From: Opitutaceae bacterium
GTDB lineage: Bacteria; Verrucomicrobiota; Verrucomicrobiia; Opitutales; Opitutaceae
Direction of reading: 5' to 3'
DNA length: 64,000 nucleotides
NCBI GenBank assembly: GCA_028284235.1
Contig: JANQSC010000020.1
Coordinates: forward strand, 128,248 to 192,247
The position numbers were made by a program, and so were the translations under genes. Below are positions 46,861 to 58,635 of the stretch, one piece after another. The notes under the pieces were generated by a model that worked only from the letters and a program-made list of their open reading frames with translations, had not been told where the DNA came from and did not search any database. The number at the start of each line of letters is the position of its first letter. The stretch's first letter is position 1.

Positions 46861-46929
46861 GTGTCCGATCGGAGATCAGCTGCAACCTGACGATTCCAAA
46901 TAGGTAGCGTCCGATCTCCGAGCGGACAC
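46861..46929. repeat. REP-like doublet R6 (inward-facing feet) between convergent genes
   Basis: gtgtccgatcggagatc ... ggtagcgtccgatctccgagcggacac; 16 of 17 positions form an inverted match. Confidence 0.7.
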
Positions 46930-46937
46930 GATCGCGT

Positions 46938-47741
46938 CTATCCTTTCCCCCGCCCAATCGCCGCGCCCATCGCGCTCAACACCTCCGGCGTCCCCGCCAT
47001 GTAGGCAAAAGCGGGGCGCGTTACATCGAAGTCGACAACCGGAAACGGATTTGTATCGAAGTAATCGATACTTCCACCGGATTCTTTTAGCAGTGCCACC
47101 CCGGCCGCGATATCCCAAGTATTGACTCGATGGGCGATGACTCCGTCGAGCCAGCCGACCGCGACGTAGCCCAGCTGGATTGCGCTGCTGCCAAGGTTTC
47201 GGATCTTGAACCGGCGCTGCAAGGCTCGATCGTCCTGTTCTCGCTCATCGCCTTCGCAATGCTGGGCGCCCACGATGCTCTGCAGCGAAGGAGACTCGTT
47301 GGAAAGCCCAGCCGGACGCCCATTTACGCTCACCCCGTAGCCCGACCCGCCCCAAATTAGCGAGCGCGACATGTGGTCGTAGATAATCCCGTAAATCGGA
47401 ATTCCATTCTCCAGGAGCGCCACGGAAATGGCGCAGGCAGGAATGCCGCGAGCGAAATTGTTCGTCCCGTCGATGGGGTCGACTAGCCAGGCGTACCGAG
47501 TTGAAAGCAAAGTCGGCCCCGCGCCCGGGTCGGTTTCCTCGCTCAGAAATTGATCCTCCGGAAAGCGACGCGAGAACTCGGACTCGAGCGCCTTTGAAAT
47601 GGCAAGATCGGCGCGCGTCACGCGCGAACCGTCGTATTTCCAATCGCTCTCCACGCGGCCAAACAGGTCGGCGAATTCCGCGACGCGCGACTCGACGATC
47701 TCTCGTCCCGCAGCAACTCTTTCGTCAACTGTAGTCCCCAT
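46938..47741 (-). CDS. Inositol monophosphatase family protein
   Basis: FLSEE, WLVDPIDGTNNF, RNLGS and WDIAAG motifs. Confidence 0.92.
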   Translation of the reverse strand: MGTTVDERVAAGREIVESRVAEFADLFGRVESDWKYDGSRVTRADLAISKALESEFSRRFPEDQFLSEETDPGAGPTLLSTRYAWLVDPIDGTNNFARGIPACAISVALLENGIPIYGIIYDHMSRSLIWGGSGYGVSVNGRPAGLSNESPSLQSIVGAQHCEGDEREQDDRALQRRFKIRNLGSSAIQLGYVAVGWLDGVIAHRVNTWDIAAGVALLKESGGSIDYFDTNPFPVVDFDVTRPAFAYMAGTPEVLSAMGAAIGRGKG

Positions 47742-47779
47742 AAACGACCATTACGCCGCGACTCGAGAAATAAGGAAGC

Positions 47780-48826
47780 CTAATCGCCGCTCGCGTTCGA
47801 ACCGCGCAAGTTCCAGACGACGCGGCACTTGTCCAAGATCGACTTGAACGCCTCCGGTGTGACCGCCTGTTTCGGATCGTCACCCAATCCACTCGTAGGG
47901 TCGATATTCGATTCGATGCAAAGCCCATCCGCCCCGTACGCGACCGCCGCCAGCGAACACGCTTCCACGTACACCGACTTACCCACGGAATGCGACGGGT
48001 CGATCACGACCGGGGCCCAGGTCTTCTCTTTAAGCAATGGAGTGATCGACTCGTCCGGGTGATTCCGGTAGCCCTCGAGCGTTGGCAAGGTCCCGCGCGG
48101 GCAGAGCATCACGTTCGGGTTGCCGAAGTTGACGATGTACTCCGCGGCAGAAATAAACTCGTTGATTGGCCCCACGTGCCTTCCCCGCTTGAGAAGGACG
48201 ACCGTGTCTCGGCCCGAGATCGCCTGTCCCACTTGGCGCAACAGAGAATAGTTGAGCGCGTTTCGCGTCCCGATTTGCAGCATGTGCACACCCGCTTCCA
48301 GCGCGAGTTTCAGGTGGCCCTCGTCCATCACCTCCGTGTTGACCGGAAGTCCCGTGCGACTCGACCCTTCCATGAGGATTTCGAGAGCCGCGTCGTCCCC
48401 TTGATACGAGTACGGATTGGTTCTCGGTTTCCAAACTCCGCCACGCAACGCCTGGGCCCCGGCTTCCTTGAGGGCAGCCGCCGTCTCGTAAAAGCGGTTC
48501 GGGTTTTTCGGATCGATCGTGCACGGACCGGCGATCGCGAGCAGATCCTTGCCCAGCCCAACGCCGCCAAAAACGGTCCGGTGGTTCTTGAGCTCGGAGC
48601 GAATATCAAGGAGTTTGTGAGGCGATTGAATCGTATCCACTCGGTCGATATACTCCAGGCCTTCGATCCGGTTGATCAGAAGTTCGTGCCGTTCGTCGCC
48701 CAGAATTGCGTAGATGCTCTGGACCGCCCCTTCGATTACTTGAATGCGGCAACCGAAGTCGCCCACGATTCGAGTGATCTCTTCAAGCTGCGCGTCCGTA
48801 AGTTTTGGATTCTTAGGAATGATCAT
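47780..48826 (-). CDS. aroF: 3-deoxy-7-phosphoheptulonate (DAHP) synthase, class I-beta, with N-terminal regulatory domain
   Basis: IAGPCT, LRGGVWKPRTNPYSYQG, QIGTRN, LLKRG and DPSHSVG motifs. Confidence 0.92.
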   Translation of the reverse strand: MIIPKNPKLTDAQLEEITRIVGDFGCRIQVIEGAVQSIYAILGDERHELLINRIEGLEYIDRVDTIQSPHKLLDIRSELKNHRTVFGGVGLGKDLLAIAGPCTIDPKNPNRFYETAAALKEAGAQALRGGVWKPRTNPYSYQGDDAALEILMEGSSRTGLPVNTEVMDEGHLKLALEAGVHMLQIGTRNALNYSLLRQVGQAISGRDTVVLLKRGRHVGPINEFISAAEYIVNFGNPNVMLCPRGTLPTLEGYRNHPDESITPLLKEKTWAPVVIDPSHSVGKSVYVEACSLAAVAYGADGLCIESNIDPTSGLGDDPKQAVTPEAFKSILDKCRVVWNLRGSNASGD

Positions 48827-49080
48827 TTCTTTGCAAATCTAGGCAAGGACGCGCAAAGAACAAGCTGCGAGTCGTCGGGAGCCGACATTAATCGGATCTC
48901 GATTGGCGGCGCCCTCGGAGACTGTCCAAGAACTCGCTTCCGAGTCATCGAAGTTATATTTGAAAATCAAAATTCAGGCTGCGATCTGAGGAATACCCGG
49001 AGGGTATTGCGATGTGAGCAAATGACTTTTGAGCTCAAATAGAACGAAAGGACGAAGGAATGGAGTTGTTGGACAGTCTC

Positions 49081-50349
49081 TTAAAAACTGATCTCCGTCT
49101 CGTTAACGAGGAACTGCTCGAGCGACTGTCGCCTTCTCATCAGGCTCAACGAGCCGTCCTGACGGATCAACACCTCCGCGCATTCCGGAAACGAGTTGTA
49201 GTTCTTGGCCGACATGGATGCGCAGTACGCTCCCGCGCCGCCAATCGCGAACAAGTCTCCAACCTCCGTTTCGACGAGCGAGCGGGGGGCCAGCGCCTCG
49301 GGATCGCCTTCCGCCGGCGTCAGAATATCCCCGGATTCGCAGCAGTGTCCTGTCACGATGTAGTCGCGCGGCTCGCGCGTCAAATCCGTGGAAGGGAACA
49401 CCACCATCGGATGCTGAGATCCGTACATGGACGGACGCGTATTCTCCGTCATGCCAGTATCCAACTTGATAAAATCGTATCCCGATTCGCCAGTCGAAGT
49501 GAGGTCCTGAACGGTCGAGAGTATCGCGCAGCCGTTGGCCACAAGATAGGTGCCGGGCTCGACTTCCAAGTGAATCTCCCGGCCCGTTTCCGCAGCAAAT
49601 CGCTCGAACTCCGCCTTCATGCGAGCTCCGATATCCTGCAGATCTGTCGTCTGCTCGTTCCGCATTCGACCGACCTTGTAACCGCCCCCAAGGTTTAACG
49701 CAGTGGCGCTTTCGAATTCGCGCGTGAGGTTCAGGCTAAGAGTCACGGCTTTCACCCAAACGTCCGGATCGCTGCCGCTGCCGATGTGCGTATGGATTCG
49801 AAAGACATCCAAACCATGCGCCGCGACGATTGCCTTAACCCGATCCACGTCCTCGTGCCAGATACCAAAACTCGACGCTGGACCGCCCACATTCGTGCGA
49901 TTCGTTCCGCCGGAACCCAGACCCGGATTAAATCGGAGGCCGACCCGAGCGCCGGGGAACAGCTTCCCGAACCGCTGAAGCTGGTTCAACGAGCACGCAT
50001 TCACGCTCATCCCCCTATCGACCAGAGCCCGCAGGGCCGCGTCGTCTGGAAATTCCTGTGTGCTCAAGGAAATGTCTTCCGGCAAATAGCCCGCACGAAC
50101 AGCCCGCTCCGCCTCGTAAATCGAGCTCGCGTCGATCTTCAGCCCCATCGAGCGGAACAGCCTGAGAATGTTGCCGTTCGGACACGACTTCATAGCGAAA
50201 CGCGCGGTCAGCCCGTACGCGTTTGGAAACGCGAGCACTTCGTCCGCGACGGACCGCAGGCTCGACTCGTCGTAAACATAGCAAGGCGTGCCAATTTCGT
50301 CGCGTATCCGAAACGCGGTTTCTGCATCTAGAAAGGAAATCGTGTCCAT
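49081..50349 (-). CDS. lysA: Diaminopimelate decarboxylase
   Basis: FAMKSCPN (PLP-Lys), [22 protein letters not shown] and GAYCASM motifs. Confidence 0.9.
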   Translation of the reverse strand: MDTISFLDAETAFRIRDEIGTPCYVYDESSLRSVADEVLAFPNAYGLTARFAMKSCPNGNILRLFRSMGLKIDASSIYEAERAVRAGYLPEDISLSTQEFPDDAALRALVDRGMSVNACSLNQLQRFGKLFPGARVGLRFNPGLGSGGTNRTNVGGPASSFGIWHEDVDRVKAIVAAHGLDVFRIHTHIGSGSDPDVWVKAVTLSLNLTREFESATALNLGGGYKVGRMRNEQTTDLQDIGARMKAEFERFAAETGREIHLEVEPGTYLVANGCAILSTVQDLTSTGESGYDFIKLDTGMTENTRPSMYGSQHPMVVFPSTDLTREPRDYIVTGHCCESGDILTPAEGDPEALAPRSLVETEVGDLFAIGGAGAYCASMSAKNYNSFPECAEVLIRQDGSLSLMRRRQSLEQFLVNETEISF

Positions 50350-50428
50350 AAAACCTAAAGATAACGGCTTTTAGACGTTCCAGCCGCCAACACCAGCCGA
50401 AACCTCGCTCGCCAAACTGGAAGCCGCC

Positions 50429-51265
50429 CTAAGGCATCCACGGGTACTTCGAAAAATCCGGCTTCCGCTTGTCCAAGAACGCCTGTTTGCCCTCCGAACC
50501 TTCCTCGGTCATGTAGTACAAGTAAGTCGCGTTGCCCGCCAATTCCTGTATCCCCGCCTGGCCATCCAAATCCGCGTTGAACGCCGATTTGAGACAACGA
50601 ATGGCGATCGGGCTTTTCTCCAGAACTTCGAGCGCCCATTGCACGCCTTCCGACTCCAGTTCCTCGACCGGAACCACCTTGTTAACGAGTCCCATCTCCA
50701 GCGCTTCCTGAGCATTGTATTGACGGCACAAATACCAGATCTCGCGAGCTTTCTTTTGGCCGACTATACTCGCTAGATAGCTGGCTCCCAAGCCGCCGTC
50801 GAAACTGCCCACTTTAGGACCTGTCTGGCCGAAGATAGCGTTGTCTGCGGCGATAGACAGATCGCAAATTACATGGAGTACGTGGCCTCCGCCAATCGCG
50901 TACCCCGCCACCAGTGAAATGACGACTTTCGGAATCGATCGAATCAATTTCTGCAAATCCAGCACGTTTAATCGCGGCACCCCGTCGTCGCCCACGTAGC
51001 CGGCATGGCCACGCACGCTCTGGTCCCCGCCGGAACAAAACGCGTACTTGCCGTCCGTATGCGGACCGGCGCCCGTGAGCAAAATCGCGGCGATGGATTG
51101 ATCCTCCCGAGCGTCGCAAAACGCCTCGAACATTTCGAAGACCGTCTGCGGTCGAAACGCGTTTCGCTTCTCCGGACGATTAATGGTGATCTTGGCGATA
51201 CCGTTCCACTTTTCGTAGCGGATATCCTCATAATCCTTTACCGATTTCCAATCTGCTTGAGACAT
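50429..51265 (-). CDS. menB: 1,4-dihydroxy-2-naphthoyl-CoA synthase
   Basis: [41 protein letters not shown] and EIWYLCRQY motifs; start MSQADW at 51265. Confidence 0.96.
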   Translation of the reverse strand: MSQADWKSVKDYEDIRYEKWNGIAKITINRPEKRNAFRPQTVFEMFEAFCDAREDQSIAAILLTGAGPHTDGKYAFCSGGDQSVRGHAGYVGDDGVPRLNVLDLQKLIRSIPKVVISLVAGYAIGGGHVLHVICDLSIAADNAIFGQTGPKVGSFDGGLGASYLASIVGQKKAREIWYLCRQYNAQEALEMGLVNKVVPVEELESEGVQWALEVLEKSPIAIRCLKSAFNADLDGQAGIQELAGNATYLYYMTEEGSEGKQAFLDKRKPDFSKYPWMP

Positions 51266-51331
51266 GGATGGCAGTCTGCGAGTCCCATGCGGCCGCGCAA
51301 GCTTCCGTTTCCCCATCCGCCGCCCGCGGCC

Positions 51332-52282
51332 TCAGTCGATTTCCAGCGTCCGATCCACGTACGGGGCGAATCCGGCGGGCAACGGCGCCTCCAGATCCAA
51401 GTCCTCGCCCGTGATCGGATGGGTGAATGCCAAGTGGGCGGCATGCAGCATCACTCGATCCGGCGCGATCGGCAACCGAGGCAAGGCCCGGTACCCGTAC
51501 ACGGTATCTCCCAAAATCGAATGACCCAGACTGCGCAAATGAACGCGAATCTGATGCGTCCTTCCTGTGTGAATACGACATCGGATCAGCGAATAGCCGC
51601 CCTCGTAGAGACCCTCCACCTTCCAGTCCGTGTGCGCTTCCCGCCCGTGCCCTTCCTGGCAAACTCGCATCTTGTGCCTCTGGCTAGGATTGCGCTCGAT
51701 GGGCTTGCGGATGGTTCCGCTCTTCAATTCAGGATGCCCGGTCGCCAATGCCAAATACTCCTTCAGCAGCGACCGTGACTGAAACAGCTCGCTCAGCGCT
51801 CGGTGAGCCACGTCATTCTTCGCCGCCATGATCAGGCCGCTGGTTTCGCGATCAAGTCGGTGCACGATTCCCGGTCGCTCGACGCCGCCAATCCCGCTCA
51901 ACTGCCCTTGGCAATGGAACAGCAACCCATGCGCGAGCGTCGGTTCGGGAGGCCCCGCCCCCGGATGCGTGACGAGTCCAGATGGTTTGTCGACAACCAC
52001 CAAGTGCTCGTCTTCGAAAACGGCGCTCAAGCCCATATCGATCGGCCCCATTTCACAACGGGCCACTTCGGGCATCTCGAACTCGATTCGGTCTCCCTCC
52101 GACAGCTTTCGATTCTTGGCGATCGGCTCGTCTCCCAGCCGTACCAGCGCCGCTTCGAAGGCCCGATGAAAATCCGAGCGACTGTGTTGCGGAAAAGCAT
52201 CGGCAAGCAGTTTGTCCGCCCGGGTCTTTCGCGTACCCTCCGGGACCGTGTACACCGTCGCTTTGCCCTCCGGGCTACTCAT
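51332..52282 (-). CDS. rluD: RluA/RluD family 23S rRNA pseudouridine synthase
   Basis: N-terminal S4 domain, VDKPSGLVTHP, HRLDRETSG (catalytic Asp), TGRTHQIRVH; real start MSSPEG at 52282 (the longer ORF-track call runs over the upstream gene). Confidence 0.92.
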   Translation of the reverse strand: MSSPEGKATVYTVPEGTRKTRADKLLADAFPQHSRSDFHRAFEAALVRLGDEPIAKNRKLSEGDRIEFEMPEVARCEMGPIDMGLSAVFEDEHLVVVDKPSGLVTHPGAGPPEPTLAHGLLFHCQGQLSGIGGVERPGIVHRLDRETSGLIMAAKNDVAHRALSELFQSRSLLKEYLALATGHPELKSGTIRKPIERNPSQRHKMRVCQEGHGREAHTDWKVEGLYEGGYSLIRCRIHTGRTHQIRVHLRSLGHSILGDTVYGYRALPRLPIAPDRVMLHAAHLAFTHPITGEDLDLEAPLPAGFAPYVDRTLEID

Positions 52283-53285
52283 GCAACATCGAATCGATTT
52301 CTTTAATACAACGCTCCTTTTCCGCTGTATCCATGCGAGCATGGCGAAATCCGTTTTTAGCGATCTCGCCGATTTCCGCCAACGAAAATCCCAGTCGCTC
52401 CACAAGGGCGACGAACTCGTCGGTGACCGTGTTGACGAAGCAGAGCGGGTCGTCCGTGTTCGCCGTGCATACAACTCCCGCCTCGTGGTATTCGCGAATT
52501 GGATGCTTCTCAAGCGTATCCACAACTTTAAGCTTCTCGTTGCTGATCGGGCACATATCGAGAATGACACCTTCTTTCGCGAGTCGCTCCACCAAACGCG
52601 GATCTTCGAAGGCGCGCGTACCGTGCTGGATACGTTCGGCGCCGAGCGTATCCAACGCTTCGTAGATTTTCTTCGGACCGCCAAATTCGCCGGCGTGGAC
52701 CTTGAGAATCTTTCCCGCCTCTTTGCATCGCCGCCAAACCGGCGGGGCCCAATCCTCCAGATCCAGCCACTCTTGACCGTGCATGTCGATTCCATCCAAT
52801 TCGTCCCAGGTATGAAGGGAGTCGATAATCGGGGCCATGACTTCCGTGTATCCATCCCGAGTCAACGCGCCAATCACTCTAACCTCCAGCTCGTCCGGCG
52901 CCGCCGATTTAACCGCGTGGACCAACTCGTGTCCATCTGAACCGGTGAACTCGATAATCGCCAAGTGAATACTCGTCTCCAAATAGCGAACGTTTTGCTC
53001 AACCAATCCTTGAAAGACCCGCTTGCACGCCTGGTGGTAACGTTCAGGGGAAGTATACCAGGCAACCGCGTGGTCTACGAGGAGCGTCTCGAACTCCACG
53101 AAATTCTCGAATCGATACCCGGGCTGCCGAAACGGCGGGTTTTCGGGAAAACGGTCGGGGTCGAGCTCGCGCAGAAGTTCGTAAGGAAGGGCTCCTTCGA
53201 TATGCAGATGAGTTTCCGTCTTGGGCAGGGCCTTGAGCCGGTCGGCGAGAGCGGATTCCCCGGTTGCTGCGTTCTTCGATCCCAT
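52275..53285 (-). CDS. add: Adenosine/adenine deaminase family protein
   Basis: ETHLHIEG, VHAGE, RIQHG, MCPISN and NTDDP motifs. Confidence 0.88.
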   Translation of the reverse strand: MGSKNAATGESALADRLKALPKTETHLHIEGALPYELLRELDPDRFPENPPFRQPGYRFENFVEFETLLVDHAVAWYTSPERYHQACKRVFQGLVEQNVRYLETSIHLAIIEFTGSDGHELVHAVKSAAPDELEVRVIGALTRDGYTEVMAPIIDSLHTWDELDGIDMHGQEWLDLEDWAPPVWRRCKEAGKILKVHAGEFGGPKKIYEALDTLGAERIQHGTRAFEDPRLVERLAKEGVILDMCPISNEKLKVVDTLEKHPIREYHEAGVVCTANTDDPLCFVNTVTDEFVALVERLGFSLAEIGEIAKNGFRHARMDTAEKERCIKEIDSMLHE

Positions 53286-53296
53286 CGAGCGACTTC

Positions 53297-54409
53297 CTAG
53301 GCCAAGAGGCTTTCCGGATTGAGCGACTTCAAGTCGTCGCGAACGAAAATGCCGTCCTTTCGAATCAGCTCGCCATCGAACCAAATCTCCCCCCCACCGT
53401 ATTCGCTACGCTGGATACAAACCATGTCCCAGTGCACCTGCGACTTGTTTCCATTGTCCGCGTCTTCGTAGGCCTGGCCCGGCGTAAAGTGAAATGAACC
53501 GGCGATTTTCTCGTCGAACAAGATATCGCGCATCGGCTCGAGAATGTGCGGATTGAAACCGATCGCGAACTCGCCGATGTAGCGGGCTCCGATGTCGGAG
53601 TCCAGCACCTCGTTGAGGCGTTTGGTGTTGTTCGCCTCGGCGTCGACTATTTTGCCCTTCTTGAATTCCAGGCGAATGTCGTCGAACGAAACCCCTTGGT
53701 ACACCGTCGGCGCGTTGTACTGGATAACGCCTTCCACGCTTTCGCGAACGGGACAGGAGAAAACCTCGCCATCGGGAATATTATGTTCGCCTACGCAAGC
53801 GATCGCGTTGATTCCAGCGATGGAAAATGACAAATCGGTTCCGTTGCCCTTGATCTCCACTCGATCGGTTTCGCGCATGAGCGCTTCGAGCCTCCGGCTC
53901 CCTTCCTCCATCCGCGTGTAGTCCAAATTGCATACTTTGAAATAGAAATCCTCGAACGCCTCCGTGCTCATCATCGCTTGCTGCGCCATGGACGGCGTCG
54001 GCCAGCGAAGGACGACCCACTTCGTGTGGTTCACCCGCCAGTCCAAAACCGGCTTCATCACCTCCGAAACCATCTGGACTTGCTCGGCGGATACATCCGA
54101 CGCTTCAAAAATGTTCATCGACCCGCGAAGCGCGATGTATGCGTCCATCGACTTCATGCGCTGCAACTCGATCGCTCCATGCGTTCGCATTTGCTCTTCA
54201 GTCGCCTCGAGAGCCATCTCTCTGGAAATCCGGGCGTGGTTGAGGTTCACGTAGGGAATCGCGCCCCGCTCGCGAGCGGCTCGGAGCAACTCGAGTATGA
54301 TTTCGTCTGGAACATCGAAGGCGTCGATCAATACCTTTTCACCGGGATTGAGTCGTACGGAATACGAGGTTAAATTGCGGGCGAGTTGCGATAGCCTTGG
54401 ATCTAGCAT
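53297..54409 (-). CDS. Aminopeptidase, M29 (AmpS/PepS) family
   Basis: [30 protein letters not shown] and VHWDMV motifs. Confidence 0.92.
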   Translation of the reverse strand: MLDPRLSQLARNLTSYSVRLNPGEKVLIDAFDVPDEIILELLRAARERGAIPYVNLNHARISREMALEATEEQMRTHGAIELQRMKSMDAYIALRGSMNIFEASDVSAEQVQMVSEVMKPVLDWRVNHTKWVVLRWPTPSMAQQAMMSTEAFEDFYFKVCNLDYTRMEEGSRRLEALMRETDRVEIKGNGTDLSFSIAGINAIACVGEHNIPDGEVFSCPVRESVEGVIQYNAPTVYQGVSFDDIRLEFKKGKIVDAEANNTKRLNEVLDSDIGARYIGEFAIGFNPHILEPMRDILFDEKIAGSFHFTPGQAYEDADNGNKSQVHWDMVCIQRSEYGGGEIWFDGELIRKDGIFVRDDLKSLNPESLLA

Positions 54410-54489
54410 CGACCTGAAACAAACCAATTTCGCCGAGGATGCAACAACGGTTCGCGCAAAGCCGCGGTGATTGCCTCGTCTTTACCGAT

Positions 54490-55704
54490 TCAGGACGCGA
54501 GAGTCCGGCGTCGCCCTTCCTCGGGAAAACAAATCTTGGATACGGCCGCGTCGAAGTCCTCCACCCCGCGCAGTATCTCTATCTCCAGTCGGAGGAAGTA
54601 GAGCGGGAGCGGAAACTCCGCGTCCTCGGGAATGCGGACGGCGTCTTTCTCCGTCGTAACGATGAAGTCCAATTCAGCCGCAGAGGCTTCCTTGAAGATC
54701 TCGTAGAGCTCCTCCGTATCGAATCTATGGTGATCGAGAAATCGTTTCGTATAGAGCAAGTTCGCCCCGAAATCGCGCAAGAACCCTTCGAAACTCTCCG
54801 GCACCGCGATCCCGCTGAACGCTCCAATCCGCTTCTGGAGCAACTCGTCTAAAGGCAAGCGCCGTTCGCCATTGACCTCCTGCAAAAACTGCGGCTTGTG
54901 GGCGCATTCGATTATGTCCACGCCGGGATTGTGCTGGCGGATCAGCGACTCCAACTCCGGATCGGGAATGCCGTCCGACTTGGTAAGGAACACGTACGAC
55001 GCTCGTTTCAAGTGGCGCACGGGCTCGCGGAGAATACCGCGCGGCATGAGGTGCCGGTTGCCAAACGGATTGCTTTTGTCAACAAGGAGGAGATTCAATC
55101 GGCCCTTTAGCGGGAGGTACTGGAATCCGTCGTCGAGCACCAGCGTATCGCAACCGAACTCGCGAATCGCGAATGTCCCGCTCTTCACCCGGTCCTTGTC
55201 CACCAGCACCACGACTCCGGGCAAGTTTCGAGCGAGCATGTACGGCTCGTCGCCCGCGTATTCGGAATCAAGCAGGACCCGCTCCCCGTCGCTTACGATT
55301 TTCGGCGGCGGGGGCGCGTCGCCGGTCACGAACTTGCGCCACAAGCGTTGAAACGCGGACTCCTTGACCAGGTCTTTGCTCTTGTAGCCACGACTGAGAA
55401 TGGCCACGCGGCGTCCTCTTTGCTGCAAGGAGCGGGCGAATTTCTCGACCACAGGCGTCTTGCCTGTACCCCCGACCGTCAGATTGCCCACGACAACGAC
55501 CAGGCACCCCAGGGGCTGGTCTTTCAGGATCCGCTTCTTGTAGAGAAAGAACCGCAATCGAGCCAGAAAACCAAAGATCAACGACAGACCGTAAAGAAAA
55601 AGCCCAAGCGCGTAAGCCCGCTTTCCGCGACGGCGATCATAGAAGACGTCGACCGCAAATTCTTCGATCTGGGTAAGCGATTTTTTGAAGCGGGAAACAG
55701 CCAT
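54490..55704 (-). CDS. lpxK: Tetraacyldisaccharide 4'-kinase
   Basis: [34 protein letters not shown] and TTEKDAVR motifs. Confidence 0.95.
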   Translation of the reverse strand: MAVSRFKKSLTQIEEFAVDVFYDRRRGKRAYALGLFLYGLSLIFGFLARLRFFLYKKRILKDQPLGCLVVVVGNLTVGGTGKTPVVEKFARSLQQRGRRVAILSRGYKSKDLVKESAFQRLWRKFVTGDAPPPPKIVSDGERVLLDSEYAGDEPYMLARNLPGVVVLVDKDRVKSGTFAIREFGCDTLVLDDGFQYLPLKGRLNLLLVDKSNPFGNRHLMPRGILREPVRHLKRASYVFLTKSDGIPDPELESLIRQHNPGVDIIECAHKPQFLQEVNGERRLPLDELLQKRIGAFSGIAVPESFEGFLRDFGANLLYTKRFLDHHRFDTEELYEIFKEASAAELDFIVTTEKDAVRIPEDAEFPLPLYFLRLEIEILRGVEDFDAAVSKICFPEEGRRRTLAS

Positions 55705-55989
55705 GCAACGAATACGGGCCGACAAATCGGCAGTGAAAATATGGAGGGATTCGAATCGCTATTACGAGAGGAAAAATCCGGGCCCTCGGAAATGCCCCGC
55801 CCACGGCTCCAGCGAACCGCTTCGGAAAATTGTACTTGCCAGATCTGAATCCGCGCTTCATCGACCCGAAAATAGTAAGTTGGAGAGAATCACGTCGGCC
55901 AGAGTGTTCTAAAAAAACGCTGCGCGGCGCCGAAAACCGATTGATCGACAGCTTGATTAACCAGTTTCACCTCCACCAATACCGCATAA

Positions 55990-58494
55990 ATGAAGTCACT
56001 CGTCATCGCCGAAAAACCTAGCGTCGCCAGAGATCTGTGCAAAGCCATCGGAGGCAAATTCGAAAAGCATGACGAGTATTTCGAAAACGACGACTACGTC
56101 GTCACCTCCGCTGTCGGGCACATTGTGGAGCTCTGCATGCCCGAAGACTACGACAAGCGGGACGCGTTTTGGCGTCTCGCCAACCTACCGATCGTACCAG
56201 ACACATTCAAGCTCAAGCCGATCGAAAAAACCGAGAGCAAATACAAAGCCGTCAAGAAGCTCATCAACCGGAAAGACGTCGACACGCTCATCAACGCCTG
56301 CGACGCCGGCCGTGAAGGAGAGCTGATTTTCAACTACCTGTACAAGATGGCGAAATCCAAAAAACCCGTAAAACGGCTTTGGATGCTCTCCATGACCCCT
56401 TCTAGTATAAGAGAGGCCTTCGACAACATGCGCTCGGGCGAGGAGATGAGCAATCTGGCGGAGGCTGCCCAGTCCCGCTCCGAAGCTGACTGGCTTATCG
56501 GCATCAATTGCACCCGAGGCGTCACCAAACGCCTCTACGGCTCACGAGCTGGCAACGTGGCCGGCGTCGGGCGCGTCCAGACGCCCACCCTCGGCATGGT
56601 CGTGCAACGCGAACGCGAAATCGAACAATTCAAACCGCGCGACTACTGGCGCATCGAAGCCGAGTTCACCATCGCCAACGGCGCCTACCAAGGCGTCTAC
56701 CAAAAGCCCGCCTTCAAAAAGTCGAAAGACGACGAGCACGATCGAGTCGACCGCATCTGGGACGAGGAAACCGCCAAGTCTGTTGTCGACGCAGTCGGGA
56801 AGCAAGACACCGCGAACGTCACCGAAGAAACCAAACGTTCGCGCCAAGCAGCCCCCCGTCTCTACGATCTCACTACACTCCAACGCGAGGCCAACAACCG
56901 ATTTGGCTTCTCCGCCCGGCGAACCCTCCAGCTCGCCCAGGCGCTCTACGAGAAGCACAAGATGATTACCTACCCGCGTACCGATTCGAAAGCGCTGCCG
57001 GAAGACTACCCCGACACCTGCGCCAAAACGCTGAAGAGCATCGACGGCGACCTCGGCGACGCCGCGCGCAAAGTCGTGGCCAGAAACTGGATCAAGCCCT
57101 CCGACAAACGCGTGTTCAACAACAAGCAAGTCTCGGATCACTTCGCGATCATTCCCACCCCGGAGTCGTCCAAAAAACTCAACGACGACGAAGCGAAAGT
57201 CTACGACATGATCGCCCGGCGATTCATCGCCATCTTCTACCCCTCCGCCGAGTTCAATATCACCACGCGCCTCAGCGAGGTCGAGTCGCACGTCTTCAAG
57301 ACCGAAGGGAAAGTGATGGTCGAGCCCGGATGGATGGAAGTCTATGGAAAGACCAGCGGCGCAGGCGACAGCGAAACCTTGCCCGCGCTGAGCGATTCGG
57401 ATGAAAACAAAGCCCGAATCGCCAGCCTCGAATCGCTCCACGAGCAAACCAAGCCGCCGCCACGCTACTCCGAAGCCACTCTTCTATCCGCCATGGAAAG
57501 CGCGGGGAAACTCGTTGAAGAGGACGAGCTGGCGGAAGCGATGAAAGACAGCGGTCTGGGCACGCCCGCAACGCGGGCCACAATCATCGAGCGACTCATC
57601 GCCGAACGTTACATGGAGCGCGAACACCGCTACCTCGCCCCAATGCCCAAGGCCGAAACGCTGCTCGACTTTCTCGCCGCCATCAAAGCCGACGCGCTCA
57701 CCAAACCCGCTCTCACCGGCGAATGGGAGTACAAACTCCATAAGATCGAACAAGGCGAACTCGAACGCGAGGACTTCATGAAGGAGATCGTTTCGATGAC
57801 CAAAGACATCGTCGAAGGGATCAAGTCGTATGAAGAAAATGAAGACGACCTGGAGCCGACCGACCTCGTCTCCCCCTACGACTCCCAGCCGCTTTACGAA
57901 TCGCTCCGCGCCTACCGCACCTTGGACAACGAGTTCGCTATATACAAGATCATCGGAAATCGAAAAATGGACAAGGAGGAGATTCGCGAGCTGCTTGACA
58001 AGAAACGAATCGGTCCTCTTGACAATTTTCGATCTAAACGCGGCAAGCATTACAGCGCGTATCTAAATCTTGACGACGAGACGAAGCGAGTGAAGTTCGA
58101 CTTCGGCAATGGCGATGGTCAAAACGGGGAAATCGACTTCGCAAACCTCACGCCGATCGCCAAGTGCCCGCGAACCGGAGGCGATCTTTACGAGACTGCA
58201 AACGCCTACGTGGTAAGAGTTTCCGAAAACGGCGAGGACAAGACACCTATTAAGGTAAGTCGCAAGATCCTCGACCGCGAAATCGCAGTCGACCAGGTCA
58301 TGAAGTTGCTCGAAACCGGGAAGACCGACTTGATAGACAAGTTCTGGTCGAAGCGAACAAAACGCCCCTTCGACGCGTATCTAGTTCTCAACGACAACGG
58401 TCAGACCAAATTCGAGTTCCCTCCTCGCGCCGCAAAAAAAGCGGCGAAGAAGGCCGCGAAGAAAGCGGCAAAAAAAACGGCTAAAGCGAAGTAA
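55990..58494 (+). CDS. topB: DNA topoisomerase III (type IA) with C-terminal repeats and Lys/Ala-rich tail
   Basis: IAEKPSVA, DAGREGELIF, GRVQTPTL, ITYPRTDS (catalytic Tyr) and KPPPRYSEATLLSAME motifs. Confidence 0.93.
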   Translation: MKSLVIAEKPSVARDLCKAIGGKFEKHDEYFENDDYVVTSAVGHIVELCMPEDYDKRDAFWRLANLPIVPDTFKLKPIEKTESKYKAVKKLINRKDVDTLINACDAGREGELIFNYLYKMAKSKKPVKRLWMLSMTPSSIREAFDNMRSGEEMSNLAEAAQSRSEADWLIGINCTRGVTKRLYGSRAGNVAGVGRVQTPTLGMVVQREREIEQFKPRDYWRIEAEFTIANGAYQGVYQKPAFKKSKDDEHDRVDRIWDEETAKSVVDAVGKQDTANVTEETKRSRQAAPRLYDLTTLQREANNRFGFSARRTLQLAQALYEKHKMITYPRTDSKALPEDYPDTCAKTLKSIDGDLGDAARKVVARNWIKPSDKRVFNNKQVSDHFAIIPTPESSKKLNDDEAKVYDMIARRFIAIFYPSAEFNITTRLSEVESHVFKTEGKVMVEPGWMEVYGKTSGAGDSETLPALSDSDENKARIASLESLHEQTKPPPRYSEATLLSAMESAGKLVEEDELAEAMKDSGLGTPATRATIIERLIAERYMEREHRYLAPMPKAETLLDFLAAIKADALTKPALTGEWEYKLHKIEQGELEREDFMKEIVSMTKDIVEGIKSYEENEDDLEPTDLVSPYDSQPLYESLRAYRTLDNEFAIYKIIGNRKMDKEEIRELLDKKRIGPLDNFRSKRGKHYSAYLNLDDETKRVKFDFGNGDGQNGEIDFANLTPIAKCPRTGGDLYETANAYVVRVSENGEDKTPIKVSRKILDREIAVDQVMKLLETGKTDLIDKFWSKRTKRPFDAYLVLNDNGQTKFEFPPRAAKKAAKKAAKKAAKKTAKAK

Positions 58495-58540
58495 CTTGGG
58501 AGAGAACTCTCGGGCGCGGCCCTTTTCAGCGCCTCCCAAG
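58495..58540 (+). terminator. Possible terminator or short palindromic unit after topB
   Basis: cttgggag ... ctcccaag enclosing GGGCgcgGCCC followed by tttt. Confidence 0.35.
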
Positions 58541-58635
58541 CGTAATAAAAGAGCGAATATTCTATCGCTAGCTCGTTCCCACTTGCGCGACAAGCGTGTG
58601 ACGAGTATTCTTTTCGTACACAAATATAGTGCACT

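Noticed and set aside
48824-48949. Attenuator leader peptide for aroF (41-codon ORF MTRKRVLGQS...RFAKK ending on the aroF ATG)
   Set aside because: It has no run of Phe/Tyr/Trp codons and no clear terminator/antiterminator; probably chance.
50429-51265. Isolated menB as a sign of an unusual pathway
   Set aside because: Scattered men genes are common and nothing in the sequence departs from canonical MenB.
51332-52855. 507-aa fusion of an unknown domain to RluD
   Set aside because: The extra 191 codons overlap the adenosine deaminase gene in another frame; the real start is MSSPEG at 52282.
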